Source of the DNA: Naasia sp.
GTDB taxonomy: Bacteria > Actinomycetota > Actinomycetes > Actinomycetales > Microbacteriaceae
Direction of reading: 5' to 3'
Assembly (NCBI GenBank): GCA_025463675.1
Contig: JAODAX010000067.1
Location: 892-64,891, forward strand
DNA: 64,000 bases
The notes under the pieces were generated by a model. The model was given only the letters and a program-made list of their open reading frames with translations, did no database searches and was not told where the DNA came from. The position numbers and the translations under genes are program-made. Of the stretch, positions 19,770-29,334 are shown one piece after another (the first letter of the stretch is position 1; each line of letters starts with the position of its first letter).

Positions 19770-19956
19770 CCGTTCTCCTGTTCCCGGGCCCGCGCACGCG
19801 TGCGACGGAACACCGATTCGGTTCGTTCCACAACCGGACGGCCGCGGATCCTGGTGCCCGGCGCGCAGCCGCCCCGACGAACGGGGACCGGTGGCAGCGG
19901 AGGCCTGGGTGGGCACGCGAAGTCACCCCGACGAGCGGAGCGCATCGATAACTCTA
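19770..19956 (-). promoter_or_regulatory. rpsB promoter (-10 TAGAGT) and structured 5' leader
   Basis: TAGAGT at 19951-19956; ~175-nt leader containing GACTTCGCGTGCCC...GGGCACCAGG pairing. Confidence 0.55.
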
Positions 19957-19989
19957 CCAGGAGCGGTCGCCGCGAAGGGCCAGCGGAGA

Positions 19990-22149
19990 TCAGGCGCGAA
20001 GGGCGAGCGCGAACGGGAGGACGGCCGGCGCCCCCGCCAGCCGCAGCGCGCGGGAGGCGACCGTGAGCGTCCACCGGGAGTCGGCGATGTCGTCGATCAG
20101 CAGCACCGGGCCCCGGGGCGCCGACCCGACCGCCGCGATATCGGCCGCCCTCTCGACCAGCCCGATCGGCTCCACCAGCCCATCCCACACCGCGGCGAGG
20201 CGGTACGCGCTGTTGCCGCCCGACCCGCCGGACGGACCGGATCCGGCGTACTCCAGGGATCCGAGGTACCGGAGCCTGCCGGCGTCGGCGATGCCGCGGG
20301 CGACCGATCCGATCAGGAGCGGTCGCGACCGGGACGGCATCGACACCACCGTCGCCGGCCGCTGCTCCCACGGCCACTCGGCGAGCACCCGGATGCACGC
20401 GGCGATGAGCTCGGAAGAGGCGGGCGCATCCGGCGCGCTCGCGGCCAGCAGCTCCCGGCACCAGCGCCCCGCGGCGGTGATGTCGGTGAGCCGTGCGAGG
20501 GCGCGCCCCTCGAGCATGCGCTCGGCCGGGGGGATGTTCCCTTTGACCGGGACGCCGAGACGCTCGGCTCCCGTCGGCCACTGTGCGCGAGGTTCGATCG
20601 GAACTCCGACGCGTTCCAGCGTCGACGACGCGCGCGCCTCGGCGGCGGTCGACGCCCCGGTGGGGAACCATGCGCCCACGCAGTTGTCGCAGCGACCACA
20701 TGGCGTCGCCGTCGCATCGTCGAGGAAGCGCTGCAGGTACGCCATGCGGCAGTCGGTCGTCCGCTCGTAGTCGAGCATGTGCTGCTGTTCGGCGACCCGC
20801 TCCGCGGCGATGCGCCGGTAGCGGTCCGCGTCGTAGGTCCATGTCCGTCCCGTGCTGGTCCAGCCGCCGCGGGCGCGCTGCACGGCACCGTCAACGTCGA
20901 GCACCTTCAGCAGCAGTTCGAGGCGCGTGCGGCGGATGTTCACGCGCGCTTCGAGCGCGGGGGTCGAGAGCGGGGCGCCGTTCTCCCGCGCTAGCTCGTC
21001 GAGCACCGCACTCGCGAGCTCCTGCGAGGGCATCGACGCCGTGGCGAAATAGGACCAGATCGCCTGGTCCTCCGGGCCGGGGAGGAGGAGCACGTCCGCG
21101 TTGTCGGTTGCGCGACCGGCGCGGCCGACCTGCTGGTAGTAGGCGACCGGGGAGCTGGGCGCGCCGAGGTGCAGCACGAAGCCGAGGTCCGGCTTGTCGA
21201 AGCCCATACCGAGTGCACTCGTTGCGACGAGGGCCTTCAGCCCGTTGTTCTTGAGCGCCGCTTCGGATGCCGCACGCTCGCCGGGATCGGTCTGGCCGGT
21301 GTAGGCGCGGACGTCGTGGCCGGCCTCCCGAAGCAGACGGGCGGTGTCCTCGGCCGCGGAAACGGTGAGGGTGTAGATGATGCCGGAACCGGGAAGGTCG
21401 TTCAGGTGGGTCAGCACCCACGCCAGTCGCGCGGCGGCATCGGGAAGGGCAAGCACCCCGAGCCGAAGGGATGCGCGGGCCAGCGGGCCTCGGATGGTGC
21501 GGACCGGATGCCCGGCGGCGTCCGCCGCCGGGTGCGCAGGAGGGGACAGCTGCTCAGCGACGTCCGTCACGACCCGCGAGTTCGCCGTCGCGGTCGTCGC
21601 CAGCACGGGGACGCCGTCCGGCATGACCGCGATGAGTTCGCGCAGGCGGCGGTAGTCCGGGCGGAAGTCGTGGCCCCAGTCCGAGATGCAATGTGCCTCG
21701 TCGACGACCAGCATGCCGATGTTCCGCACCAGGGCGGGCAGCTGCTCTTCGCGGAACGTCGGGTTGTTGAGCCGTTCCGGCGAGACGAGCAGCACGTCCA
21801 CCCGGTCACCCTCGAGTGCTGCGCGCACCGCCGCCCATTCGTGCGGGTTGGTGGAGTTGATGGCGACCGCACGCACGCCGGCGCGGGCCGCCGCCGCGAT
21901 CTGATCGCGCATGAGCGCCAGCAGCGGCGAGACGAGGACGGTGGGCCCGGCGCCGCGTCTGCGCAGCAGCAGGGTCGCAACGAAGTAGACCGCGGACTTG
22001 CCCCAGCCGGTGCGCTGCACCACGAGCGCCCGCTGTCGGTCGTCGACCAGCGCCGAGATCGCCTCGAACTGCCCCTCGTGGAAGTCGACGTCGTCGCGAC
22101 CGACGAGCGTGCGGAGTATTCCGCGGGCCTCGGAGCGGGTATCCGTCAC
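19990..22149 (-). CDS. RecQ-family ATP-dependent DNA helicase (with C-terminal PRTase-like domain)
   Basis: QRTGWGKS, VDEAHCISDWGHDFRPDY, YYQQVGRAGR, PCGRCDNC, LLIDD. Confidence 0.92.
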   Translation of the reverse strand: MTDTRSEARGILRTLVGRDDVDFHEGQFEAISALVDDRQRALVVQRTGWGKSAVYFVATLLLRRRGAGPTVLVSPLLALMRDQIAAAARAGVRAVAINSTNPHEWAAVRAALEGDRVDVLLVSPERLNNPTFREEQLPALVRNIGMLVVDEAHCISDWGHDFRPDYRRLRELIAVMPDGVPVLATTATANSRVVTDVAEQLSPPAHPAADAAGHPVRTIRGPLARASLRLGVLALPDAAARLAWVLTHLNDLPGSGIIYTLTVSAAEDTARLLREAGHDVRAYTGQTDPGERAASEAALKNNGLKALVATSALGMGFDKPDLGFVLHLGAPSSPVAYYQQVGRAGRATDNADVLLLPGPEDQAIWSYFATASMPSQELASAVLDELARENGAPLSTPALEARVNIRRTRLELLLKVLDVDGAVQRARGGWTSTGRTWTYDADRYRRIAAERVAEQQHMLDYERTTDCRMAYLQRFLDDATATPCGRCDNCVGAWFPTGASTAAEARASSTLERVGVPIEPRAQWPTGAERLGVPVKGNIPPAERMLEGRALARLTDITAAGRWCRELLAASAPDAPASSELIAACIRVLAEWPWEQRPATVVSMPSRSRPLLIGSVARGIADAGRLRYLGSLEYAGSGPSGGSGGNSAYRLAAVWDGLVEPIGLVERAADIAAVGSAPRGPVLLIDDIADSRWTLTVASRALRLAGAPAVLPFALALRA

Positions 22150-22228
22150 GCCCCCAGCCTGTCACGCGCGACCGACGCAGCGCTCCGACGGCCGATAGGC
22201 CCGGTCCGCGGGCCCGCAACTCGACGGG

Positions 22229-23668
22229 TCAGGTCTGCTTGGCTCGCCCGAACACGAGCCCGCCGACATCCTCGAGCTTGACCCCCTTCGTCTCCGGCAC
22301 GAAGAAGAAGACGAAGGCGAGCGACAGGACGGCGAAGACGGCGTACAGCCCGTAGGTGAAGGTGAGCGAGAAGTCGGACAAGACGGGGAAGGTGAGCGTG
22401 ACGGCGAAGTTCGCCAGCCACTGCGCGGCCGCGGCGACGCCGAGCGCCGTCGCCCGGATCCGGTTGGGGAAGATCTCGCCGAGCAGCACCCAGACGAGCG
22501 GTCCCCACGTTGCGCCGAAGGAGACGACGAACAAGTTGGCGGCAACGAGCGCGATGAGTCCCCACGGCTCGGGAAGGGTCAGCTTCTCGTCCTGCAGCTG
22601 CGCCTGGCTGAAGGCCAGCGCCATCGCGGCGAGCGAGATCGCCATGCCCGCGGATCCGGCGAGCAGCATCGGCCGGCGGCCCACCTTGTCGACGAAGCCG
22701 ATGGCGACGAAGGTGACGGCGACGTTCACGATCGAGGTGATGACCGAGATCAGGAAGGCGTCCTCGAAGCCGACGGCGCTCCAGAGCGTGGTCGAGTAGT
22801 AGAAGATCACGTTGATGCCGACGGCCTGCTGGAAGATGCTCAGCGCCAGGCCGGTCCAGACGACCGGCTGGAGCCCCAGGGCGGATCCGCGCAGCGACGA
22901 CTTGCGCTGGTTCTCCTCGTCCTCGCGGATGTTGTCGCGGATGCTGCGGACCTCGTCCTCGATCTCGCCTTCCGGCTGGATCGTGGCGAGCACCTCGCGG
23001 GCTTCGTCCTCCTTGTCCTTCGCGAGCAGGTAGCGGGGCGACTCGGGGAGCCGCCAGGCCAGGTAGCCGTAGACGACGGAGGGCACCACGCCGACGAGGA
23101 ACATCCAGCGCCAGGCCTCGACACCGAGGAGCGAGCGGAGGGGGTCGGGGTCGCCGATGCCGGCGAGCAGCGCGTCGGAGAGCAGTGCGGCGAAGATGCC
23201 GAGGGTGATCGCCAGCTGCTGCAGAGAGGCCAGCCGCCCGCGGATCGCCGCCGGCACGATCTCCGCGATGTAGGTGGGCGCGATCACCGAGGCGACGCCG
23301 ATGCCCAGACCGCCGACGAGGCGCCAGAACATGAAGTCCCAGACCCCGAACGCGAAGCCGGCGCCGAGCGAGCTGACGAGGAAGAGGACGGCGCCGATCA
23401 GCATGACCGCACGTCGGCCGAACCGGTCGGCCAGCCCGCCGGCGAGGTAGGCGCCGATCGCGCAGCCGATGAGGGCGATGGCGACCGCGAAGCCCTGCAG
23501 GAAGCCCTGGATGTCGAACTGTTGCTCGATCGCGTCGACCGCGCCGTTGATGACCGAGGAGTCGAAGCCGAACAGGAAGCCGCCGACCGCCGCCGCGATG
23601 GCGAGGGCGGTGACCCGGCGCCGGAGCTTGCCGTCGATCCGGGTCTGGGACTCACTTTTCGTCGTCAT
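22229..23668 (-). CDS. Sugar porter family MFS transporter (GlcP-like)
   Basis: GGFLFGFDSSVING, DRFGRR, PESPRYL, QQAVGINVIFYY, VPETKG. Confidence 0.94.
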   Translation of the reverse strand: MTTKSESQTRIDGKLRRRVTALAIAAAVGGFLFGFDSSVINGAVDAIEQQFDIQGFLQGFAVAIALIGCAIGAYLAGGLADRFGRRAVMLIGAVLFLVSSLGAGFAFGVWDFMFWRLVGGLGIGVASVIAPTYIAEIVPAAIRGRLASLQQLAITLGIFAALLSDALLAGIGDPDPLRSLLGVEAWRWMFLVGVVPSVVYGYLAWRLPESPRYLLAKDKEDEAREVLATIQPEGEIEDEVRSIRDNIREDEENQRKSSLRGSALGLQPVVWTGLALSIFQQAVGINVIFYYSTTLWSAVGFEDAFLISVITSIVNVAVTFVAIGFVDKVGRRPMLLAGSAGMAISLAAMALAFSQAQLQDEKLTLPEPWGLIALVAANLFVVSFGATWGPLVWVLLGEIFPNRIRATALGVAAAAQWLANFAVTLTFPVLSDFSLTFTYGLYAVFAVLSLAFVFFFVPETKGVKLEDVGGLVFGRAKQT

Positions 23669-23812
23669 GGTGTCCTCCGGCGATGATCCTGGCACCGGCC
23701 GTCTTCCGGTTGGCGGCCCTTGCGCCCCTCCCCGGGTGCGCGATAAGTGAGTTTGTCCTCACCTTGTCCACCTCCGCGATTCCGGTCGGCGGACTGCGGC
23801 CATCCTCGGGGC

Positions 23813-24322
23813 ATGCCCGTTCCACCTCGACGACTGATGGCCGCACTCGTCGTGTGGACGGCGGGCGTGGCCCTCCTCGCCGGTGCGGCGGCTGCCGCTT
23901 CTCCGCGGTGGGACTGGCCGGCGCGCGGTTCGCTCGGCGAGCCGTACCGGGCGCCGCCCACGCCGTATGCGGCGGGACACCGCGGCATCGACATCGCCGT
24001 GGCGGCGGGCACGGCGGTGCTCGCGCCCGCCGACGGAGTGGTGTCCTTCGCCGGGCCGGTGGGTGGGCGGCCGGTGCTTGCCCTCTCGCACGACGACGGG
24101 ATCCTCTCCAGCTTCGACCCGGTCGAGGCGACGGTTCGCACCGGCGAACGGGTGCTGCGCGGTCAGCCGGTCGCCGTCGTCGCGGTCTCCGCCGGTCATT
24201 GCGGGGCCGACTGCCTGCACCTCGGCGCCCGCAGCGACGGGCGCTACCTCTCGCCGCTCGCCCTCCTCGGCGGCGTGCCGCGAGCGGTGCTGCTGCCGCT
24301 CGACGATCAGGCGCGCGGGTGA
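23813..24322 (+). CDS. M23 family peptidase
   Basis: Signal peptide; HRGID and CLHLG motifs; convergent with xerC. Confidence 0.87.
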   Translation: MPVPPRRLMAALVVWTAGVALLAGAAAAASPRWDWPARGSLGEPYRAPPTPYAAGHRGIDIAVAAGTAVLAPADGVVSFAGPVGGRPVLALSHDDGILSSFDPVEATVRTGERVLRGQPVAVVAVSAGHCGADCLHLGARSDGRYLSPLALLGGVPRAVLLPLDDQARG

Positions 24323-25209
24323 GCCTGCTCGTAGGCGCGCTTCAGCCGCTCGGTGGAGACGTGCGTGTAGATCTGCGTGGTGCCGAGGCTGGCGTGGCCG
24401 AGCATCTCCTGCACCGCCCGCAGGTCCGCTCCCCCGTCGAGGAGATGCGTCGCGGCGGTATGGCGCAGGGTGTGCGGACCCGAAGGGCCGGAACCGGGGA
24501 TGCCTTCGAGCAGCCGTGCGACCAGCCGGTAGACGGAGCGACTGCCGAGCCGTCCGCCGCGGTCGCCGAGGAACAGGGCGGGCGTCGACGTCGCGGCCAG
24601 TCGCGGCCGGCCCTCCGCGGTGTACCGGTCGAGTGCACGGGCGGCTGGCACACCGAACGGCACCACACGCTGCCGGTCGCCCTTTCCGGTGACGCGCACG
24701 GTCAGCCGCTCCCGGTCGACGTCGTCCACGTCGAGGCCGCACAGCTCGGACACGCGCAGCGCGGAGGCGTACAGGAGCTCGAGGATCACCAGGTCGCGCA
24801 GCGGTCCGGGCGCTCCGTCGGCCGCGCGCTCCTCGAGCTCACCGATCAGCTGCTCGACTCCCCCGGCGGTCAGCACGCGCGGCAGGGTGCTGTGCGCCTT
24901 CGGCGCGCGCAGGCGCAGCGACGGGTCGATCGGCAGCTCGCCCTGCCGGGCCAGCCAGCCGCAGAAGGCGCGGATCGAGGAGGTGCGCCGAGCCAGGCTG
25001 GCTCGGGCGAGGCCCCGTTCGGAAGACTGCCACAGCCAGTCGCGGAGCAGGTCCAGCGCAAGCGAGCCGACGTCGGGCAGGCCGCGGCGGCGTGCGAAGC
25101 CCTCCAGGTCGGCGAGGTCGGCGGCGTAGCCGCGCACGGTGTGCTCGGAGAGCCCCCGCTCGATGCGCAGATGCGCGGCGAAGGCCTCGGCTGCTGCTGC
25201 GATCTCCAC
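24307..25209 (-). CDS. xerC: Tyrosine recombinase XerC
   Basis: Catalytic R (ALRVSEL), K (GKG), HTLRH, LGH and Y (TQIYTH); location between dprA and rpsB; CACTCT -10 6 nt before GTG. Confidence 0.88.
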   Translation of the reverse strand: MEIAAAAEAFAAHLRIERGLSEHTVRGYAADLADLEGFARRRGLPDVGSLALDLLRDWLWQSSERGLARASLARRTSSIRAFCGWLARQGELPIDPSLRLRAPKAHSTLPRVLTAGGVEQLIGELEERAADGAPGPLRDLVILELLYASALRVSELCGLDVDDVDRERLTVRVTGKGDRQRVVPFGVPAARALDRYTAEGRPRLAATSTPALFLGDRGGRLGSRSVYRLVARLLEGIPGSGPSGPHTLRHTAATHLLDGGADLRAVQEMLGHASLGTTQIYTHVSTERLKRAYEQAHPRA

Positions 25210-25259
25210 CGCCTCAGAGTGCACCTCGAACGGCGCGGTGCCGCGGACCCACTCCGGCG

Positions 25260-26105
25260 TCAGTCGGGAAGGAGGTCGTCGAAGGTCCCGTCGGGCAGCT
25301 GCACCACGGCGGGCGGCGCGTCGATGCCGACCAGCATGGTGACCACCTGCCCCGGGTACACCGCGACGAGCGAGATCGCCTGGCCGCCGTCGAGACCCGT
25401 GAGCCCGAGATGAGGCGCATCGACCCGCACCGTGTAGCTGGTGGCCGGTACAACGGACAGCTGCCGGCCGGCGAACACCGTCTGGAGCGGGTAGTGGAAG
25501 TGACCGGACAGCAGCAGCCGCACGTCGGTGCCCTCGAGCGCCGCGGCGAGCGCCGCCGGGTTGCGCAGCTGGAAGGGCTCGAGCACCCGGACCGGGGTGG
25601 GCGCGGGCGGGTGGTGCAGGGCGAGCAGCGTGCCGTTCGGCGCCGGCTCGGCCAGCACTCCGGCGAGCCACTCGAGCTGGCTCAGCTCCACGAAGCCGTG
25701 GCCAGCGCCGGGCACCGAGGTGTCGAGCGCCACGATGCGCAGCCCGTTCACCTCGACGACGGAGTCGTGCGGCTCGTCCGTCGGGGCGAGGCCGAACAGC
25801 GCCTGCCGCATCGGACCGCGGACGTCATGGTTGCCGGCCACCCAGACCACCGGGCAGCCGAGGCGCTCGGCCACTGGCTCCACCAGCTCGCGCACCCGCT
25901 CGTAGGCGTCGAGCTCACCCGCGTCGGCGATGTCGCCGGTGTGGACGATCGCGTCGATCGCGAACTGCGACGCCTCCAGCCGTTCGAGCGCGCGCCGGAG
26001 ATTGCCGACCGTGTCCACGACGCCGTGCATGGGCGCGCCACCCGCGAGGAAGTGGGTGTCGCTCAGATGGGCGACGACGTGGCTGGGTTCCTGGCGCTGC
26101 GGCAC
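25260..26105 (-). CDS. Metallophosphoesterase (CpdA-like cyclic nucleotide phosphodiesterase)
   Basis: HLSDTH, TGDIAD, GNHD, LHHPP and SGHFH motifs. Confidence 0.88.
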   Translation of the reverse strand: MPQRQEPSHVVAHLSDTHFLAGGAPMHGVVDTVGNLRRALERLEASQFAIDAIVHTGDIADAGELDAYERVRELVEPVAERLGCPVVWVAGNHDVRGPMRQALFGLAPTDEPHDSVVEVNGLRIVALDTSVPGAGHGFVELSQLEWLAGVLAEPAPNGTLLALHHPPAPTPVRVLEPFQLRNPAALAAALEGTDVRLLLSGHFHYPLQTVFAGRQLSVVPATSYTVRVDAPHLGLTGLDGGQAISLVAVYPGQVVTMLVGIDAPPAVVQLPDGTFDDLLPD

Positions 26106-26149
26106 GGGTCCACGCTAGCGACCTCCCCCGACGCTTTAGACTCCCCCGC

Positions 26150-26725
26150 ATGCCCTCGCTCCTCGCCGCCTGCGTCGTGCACCAGATCCGCCCCGACTCC
26201 GGCACCGAGGGCGCCACCGCCATCGACAAGCGCCCCGTGGACGGGCCCGTCCGGGTCGGCAAGTACGGCCTGCGCGCCGATGTGCAGGTGAGCCGGAAGT
26301 GGCACGGCGGCCTCGATCAGGCCGTCTACGCCTACTCGCAGGAGGACGCCGACTACTGGTCCGCGCAGCTGGGCCGCGTGCTCCACCCCGGCTGGTTCGG
26401 CGAGAACCTTCGGATCGAGGGGTTGCCGACCACTGGCGCCCGCGTCGGCGACCGCTGGCAGGTGGGCGACCGGGTGCTGCTCGAGGTGACGAGCCCGCGC
26501 ACGCCGTGCGGCACCTTCGCGCGTTGGGTGGGCGGCGCGGACGCCAGAGGCTGGGTGAAGCGGTTCGCGGCGGAGGAGCGGCTCGGCGCCTACTTCCGGG
26601 TGATCCGCACCGGTTCGATCCAGGCGGGCGACCCGATCACGCTGATCGCGACCGACGAGACAGCGCCGACCCTGCACGACCTGTACCACCGGGAGGGCGT
26701 CACGGCCGTCCGCGCCACCGACTAG
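26150..26725 (+). CDS. MOSC domain protein (YiiM-like)
   Basis: TAIDKRP, HGGLDQAVYAY, FGENL, PRTPC. Confidence 0.9.
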   Translation: MPSLLAACVVHQIRPDSGTEGATAIDKRPVDGPVRVGKYGLRADVQVSRKWHGGLDQAVYAYSQEDADYWSAQLGRVLHPGWFGENLRIEGLPTTGARVGDRWQVGDRVLLEVTSPRTPCGTFARWVGGADARGWVKRFAAEERLGAYFRVIRTGSIQAGDPITLIATDETAPTLHDLYHREGVTAVRATD

Positions 26726-26903
26726 GCCGGCTTCGGCCCGAGGATCGCCGCCGGCGAAGGCTCCCGCTCCGCCGGAATGGCGCTTCTGCGCGGCCGCTGG
26801 GGCGCGGTTGGCGACCGGTGGCGCGGCCGGGACGCCGGCCGTGGGTCCGCGCATCCCGCATTTCCGGAATAGCTGCGTGTTCCCGTGCATTGGCTCCTTT
26901 TGG

Positions 26904-26922
26904 TACCCCCTAGGGGTATAAC
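26904..26922 (+). promoter_or_regulatory. CsoR-type copper operator overlapping a -10 box
   Basis: TACCCCCTAGGGGTA pseudo-palindrome (26904-26918) overlapping TATAAC (26917-26922), upstream of the Cu ATPase. Confidence 0.75.
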
Positions 26923-26943
26923 CGAGGAATGCGAGGAGAGCCA

Positions 26944-29049
26944 GTGGACAGGCACGAGACGACGCACGGCGACATCCGGGCGGCGGAGCTGTCGGGCACG
27001 GACGGCCACGCCGCACACGCCGACCACGATCAGGACGGTCACAGCCACGGCGGCCATGACCACGCCGGCCACGACGACCACGCGGTGCTCTTCCGCAACC
27101 GCTTCTGGGTGAGCCTCGTCCTCGCCGTCCCGGTCGTGCTGTTCAGCATGATGTTCGCCGACATCGTCGGCTACGCCCGCCCGGAGTTCCCGGGCGCCGA
27201 ATGGATCTCGCCGATCCTCGGCACCGTCCTGTTCCTCTACGGCGGCTGGCCGTTCCTCACCGGGCTGCTCGCCGAGGTGCACGCCAAGCAGCCCGGGATG
27301 ATGACACTCATCGGGATGGCCATCACGGTGGCGTTCGTGGCGAGCTGGGCCACGTCACTCGGCCTCGGCGGGTTCGATCTCGACTTCTGGTGGGAGCTCG
27401 CCCTCCTCATCGTGATCATGCTGCTCGGTCACTGGATCGAGATGCGCGCGCTCGGCGCCGCCTCCGGTGCGCTCGACGCGCTGGCCGCGCTGCTGCCCGA
27501 CTCGGCGGTTCGGGTGCGCGGCGAGGAGCTCACCGAGGTTCCGCTCGGCGACCTCGCCGAGGGGGACGTGGTCCTCGTCCGGCCGGGTGCCCGCGTGCCG
27601 GCGGACGGCACCGTCATCGACGGGACCGCGGAACTCGACGAGTCGATGATCACCGGGGAGTCCCGCACCGTGGCCCGGGGCGTGGGCGAGACCGTGGTCG
27701 CGGGCACCGTCGCGACCGACAGCGCCCTTCGCGTCCGAGTGGACGCGGTCGGCGAGGCGACCGCCCTGGCCGGGATCCAGCGGCTCGTGGCCGAGGCGCA
27801 GCGCTCCAGCTCCCGCGCGCAGGCCCTCGCCGACCGCGCCGCCGCGCTCCTGTTCTACTTCGCCGCCATTGCGGGCGTCCTCACCTTCCTCGTGTGGCTG
27901 GCGCTCGGCAGCCCTGCGGATGCGATCGAGCGGACCGTGACGGTGCTGGTGATCGCCTGCCCGCACGCGCTCGGCCTCGCCATCCCGCTCGTGATCGCGA
28001 TCTCCACCGAACGTGCCGCCCGGGCCGGCGTCCTCGTCCGCAGCCGGCTGGCGCTCGAGCGGATGCGCACCGTCGACACCGTGCTGTTCGACAAGACCGG
28101 CACGCTGACCCGCGGCGAGCCCGTGGTGACCGATGTCGCGGTCGCGTCCGGGACGGACCGTGCGGAGGCGCTCGCCCTTGCGGCGGCCCTCGAGCGCTCC
28201 AGTGAGCACCCGCTCGCCCGCGCGATCGTGCGCGCCGCCGACGGGGGCACCGCCGTGCCGGCGGCCTCCGAGTTCCGTTCGATGCCCGGCACGGGGGTGC
28301 AGGCGATCGTGGGCGGGGAGCGCGTCCGCATCGGCGGTCCTGCACTGCTGCGCGAGTCCCGGCTGACCGTCCCGGACTCGATCGCCGCCGCGACCGCCGC
28401 GTGGGTCGCCGACGGCGCCGCTGTGCTGCACCTGCTCCGCGGAGACAGCGTCCTCGCGGCGTTCGGTCTGCGCGACGAGGTGCGCGCAGAGTCGCGGGAA
28501 GTGGTCGACGCGCTGCACCGACGCGGCATCCGGGTCGCCATGATCACCGGCGACGCCCATCAGGTGGCGGAGTCGGTCGGCCGCGAACTCGGCATCGACG
28601 AGGTGTTCGCCGAGGTCCGTCCGGAGGACAAGGACGCGAAGGTGAGCGAGCTGAAGGCGCGCGGCGCGCGGGTCGCCATGGTCGGCGACGGCGTCAACGA
28701 CGCTCCGGCGCTCGCGCGCGCCGACATCGGCATCGCGATCGGCGCGGGCACGGACGTGGCGGTCGAGTCGGCGGGCATCGTGCTGGCCGGCAACGATCCG
28801 CGCGCAGTGCTCACCGCCATCGAGCTGTCGCGCACCGGCTACCGGAAGATGGTGCAGAACCTCGTGTGGGCGGCCGGCTACAACGTGCTGTCGGTGCCGC
28901 TCGCCGCCGGTGTGCTCGCCGGCGTGGGCTTCGTGCTGTCCCCCGCGGCGGGCGCCGTGCTGATGTCGCTCTCGACGATCGTGGTCGCGCTCAATGCGCA
29001 GCTGCTGCGCCGCGTGCGGCTCGCGCCCGCCGAGCTCGCCCGGCGCTGA
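26944..29049 (+). CDS. copB: Copper-translocating P1B-type ATPase (CopB-like)
   Basis: His-rich N-terminus; TGES, CPHALGLAIP, DKTGT, EHP, GDGVND, GYN and MSLST motifs. Confidence 0.88.
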   Translation: MDRHETTHGDIRAAELSGTDGHAAHADHDQDGHSHGGHDHAGHDDHAVLFRNRFWVSLVLAVPVVLFSMMFADIVGYARPEFPGAEWISPILGTVLFLYGGWPFLTGLLAEVHAKQPGMMTLIGMAITVAFVASWATSLGLGGFDLDFWWELALLIVIMLLGHWIEMRALGAASGALDALAALLPDSAVRVRGEELTEVPLGDLAEGDVVLVRPGARVPADGTVIDGTAELDESMITGESRTVARGVGETVVAGTVATDSALRVRVDAVGEATALAGIQRLVAEAQRSSSRAQALADRAAALLFYFAAIAGVLTFLVWLALGSPADAIERTVTVLVIACPHALGLAIPLVIAISTERAARAGVLVRSRLALERMRTVDTVLFDKTGTLTRGEPVVTDVAVASGTDRAEALALAAALERSSEHPLARAIVRAADGGTAVPAASEFRSMPGTGVQAIVGGERVRIGGPALLRESRLTVPDSIAAATAAWVADGAAVLHLLRGDSVLAAFGLRDEVRAESREVVDALHRRGIRVAMITGDAHQVAESVGRELGIDEVFAEVRPEDKDAKVSELKARGARVAMVGDGVNDAPALARADIGIAIGAGTDVAVESAGIVLAGNDPRAVLTAIELSRTGYRKMVQNLVWAAGYNVLSVPLAAGVLAGVGFVLSPAAGAVLMSLSTIVVALNAQLLRRVRLAPAELARR

Positions 29050-29112
29050 AGCCGCCGTCACGGGCCTGCCGGCGCGGAGCGGGATCCCAGAAACGGGTGT
29101 CACGGTACGGGC

Positions 29113-29319
29113 ATGACGGAGTTCAGCAAGGGCGACACGGTCTCCTGGAAGTCGCACGGCGGCGAAGCGGTCGGCAAGGTGGAGAAGAAGATCACCGAGG
29201 ACACGGAGGCGGGCGGGCGCACCGTGCGCGCGTCGAAGGATGACCCGCAGTACCTCGTGAAGAGCGACAAGAGCGGCGGCGAGGCCGTCCACAAGCCGGA
29301 CGCCCTGACCGAGGAGTAG
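29113..29319 (+). CDS. DUF2945 / small Tudor-like domain protein
   Basis: GDTVSW...RASKDDPQYLVKSDKSG..AVHKPDAL pattern. Confidence 0.85.
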   Translation: MTEFSKGDTVSWKSHGGEAVGKVEKKITEDTEAGGRTVRASKDDPQYLVKSDKSGGEAVHKPDALTEE

Positions 29320-29334
29320 GAGCCGCGACCCGTC

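Noticed and set aside
18583-20994. 803-aa plus-strand ORF, and similar long Arg/Gly/Ala-rich ORFs throughout the window
   Set aside because: Antisense or alternative-frame shadows of well-supported genes; no recognisable motifs
19990-22149. Helicase with PRTase-like tail as an anti-phage defence gene
   Set aside because: Matches the common actinobacterial RecQ-family architecture; no defence-associated partners nearby
24307-25209. Tyrosine recombinase as a prophage, island or integron integrase
   Set aside because: About 300 aa, XerC-like, in the usual dprA-xerC-M23-rpsB context; no att site, tRNA or phage genes; no evidence linking it to the palindromes
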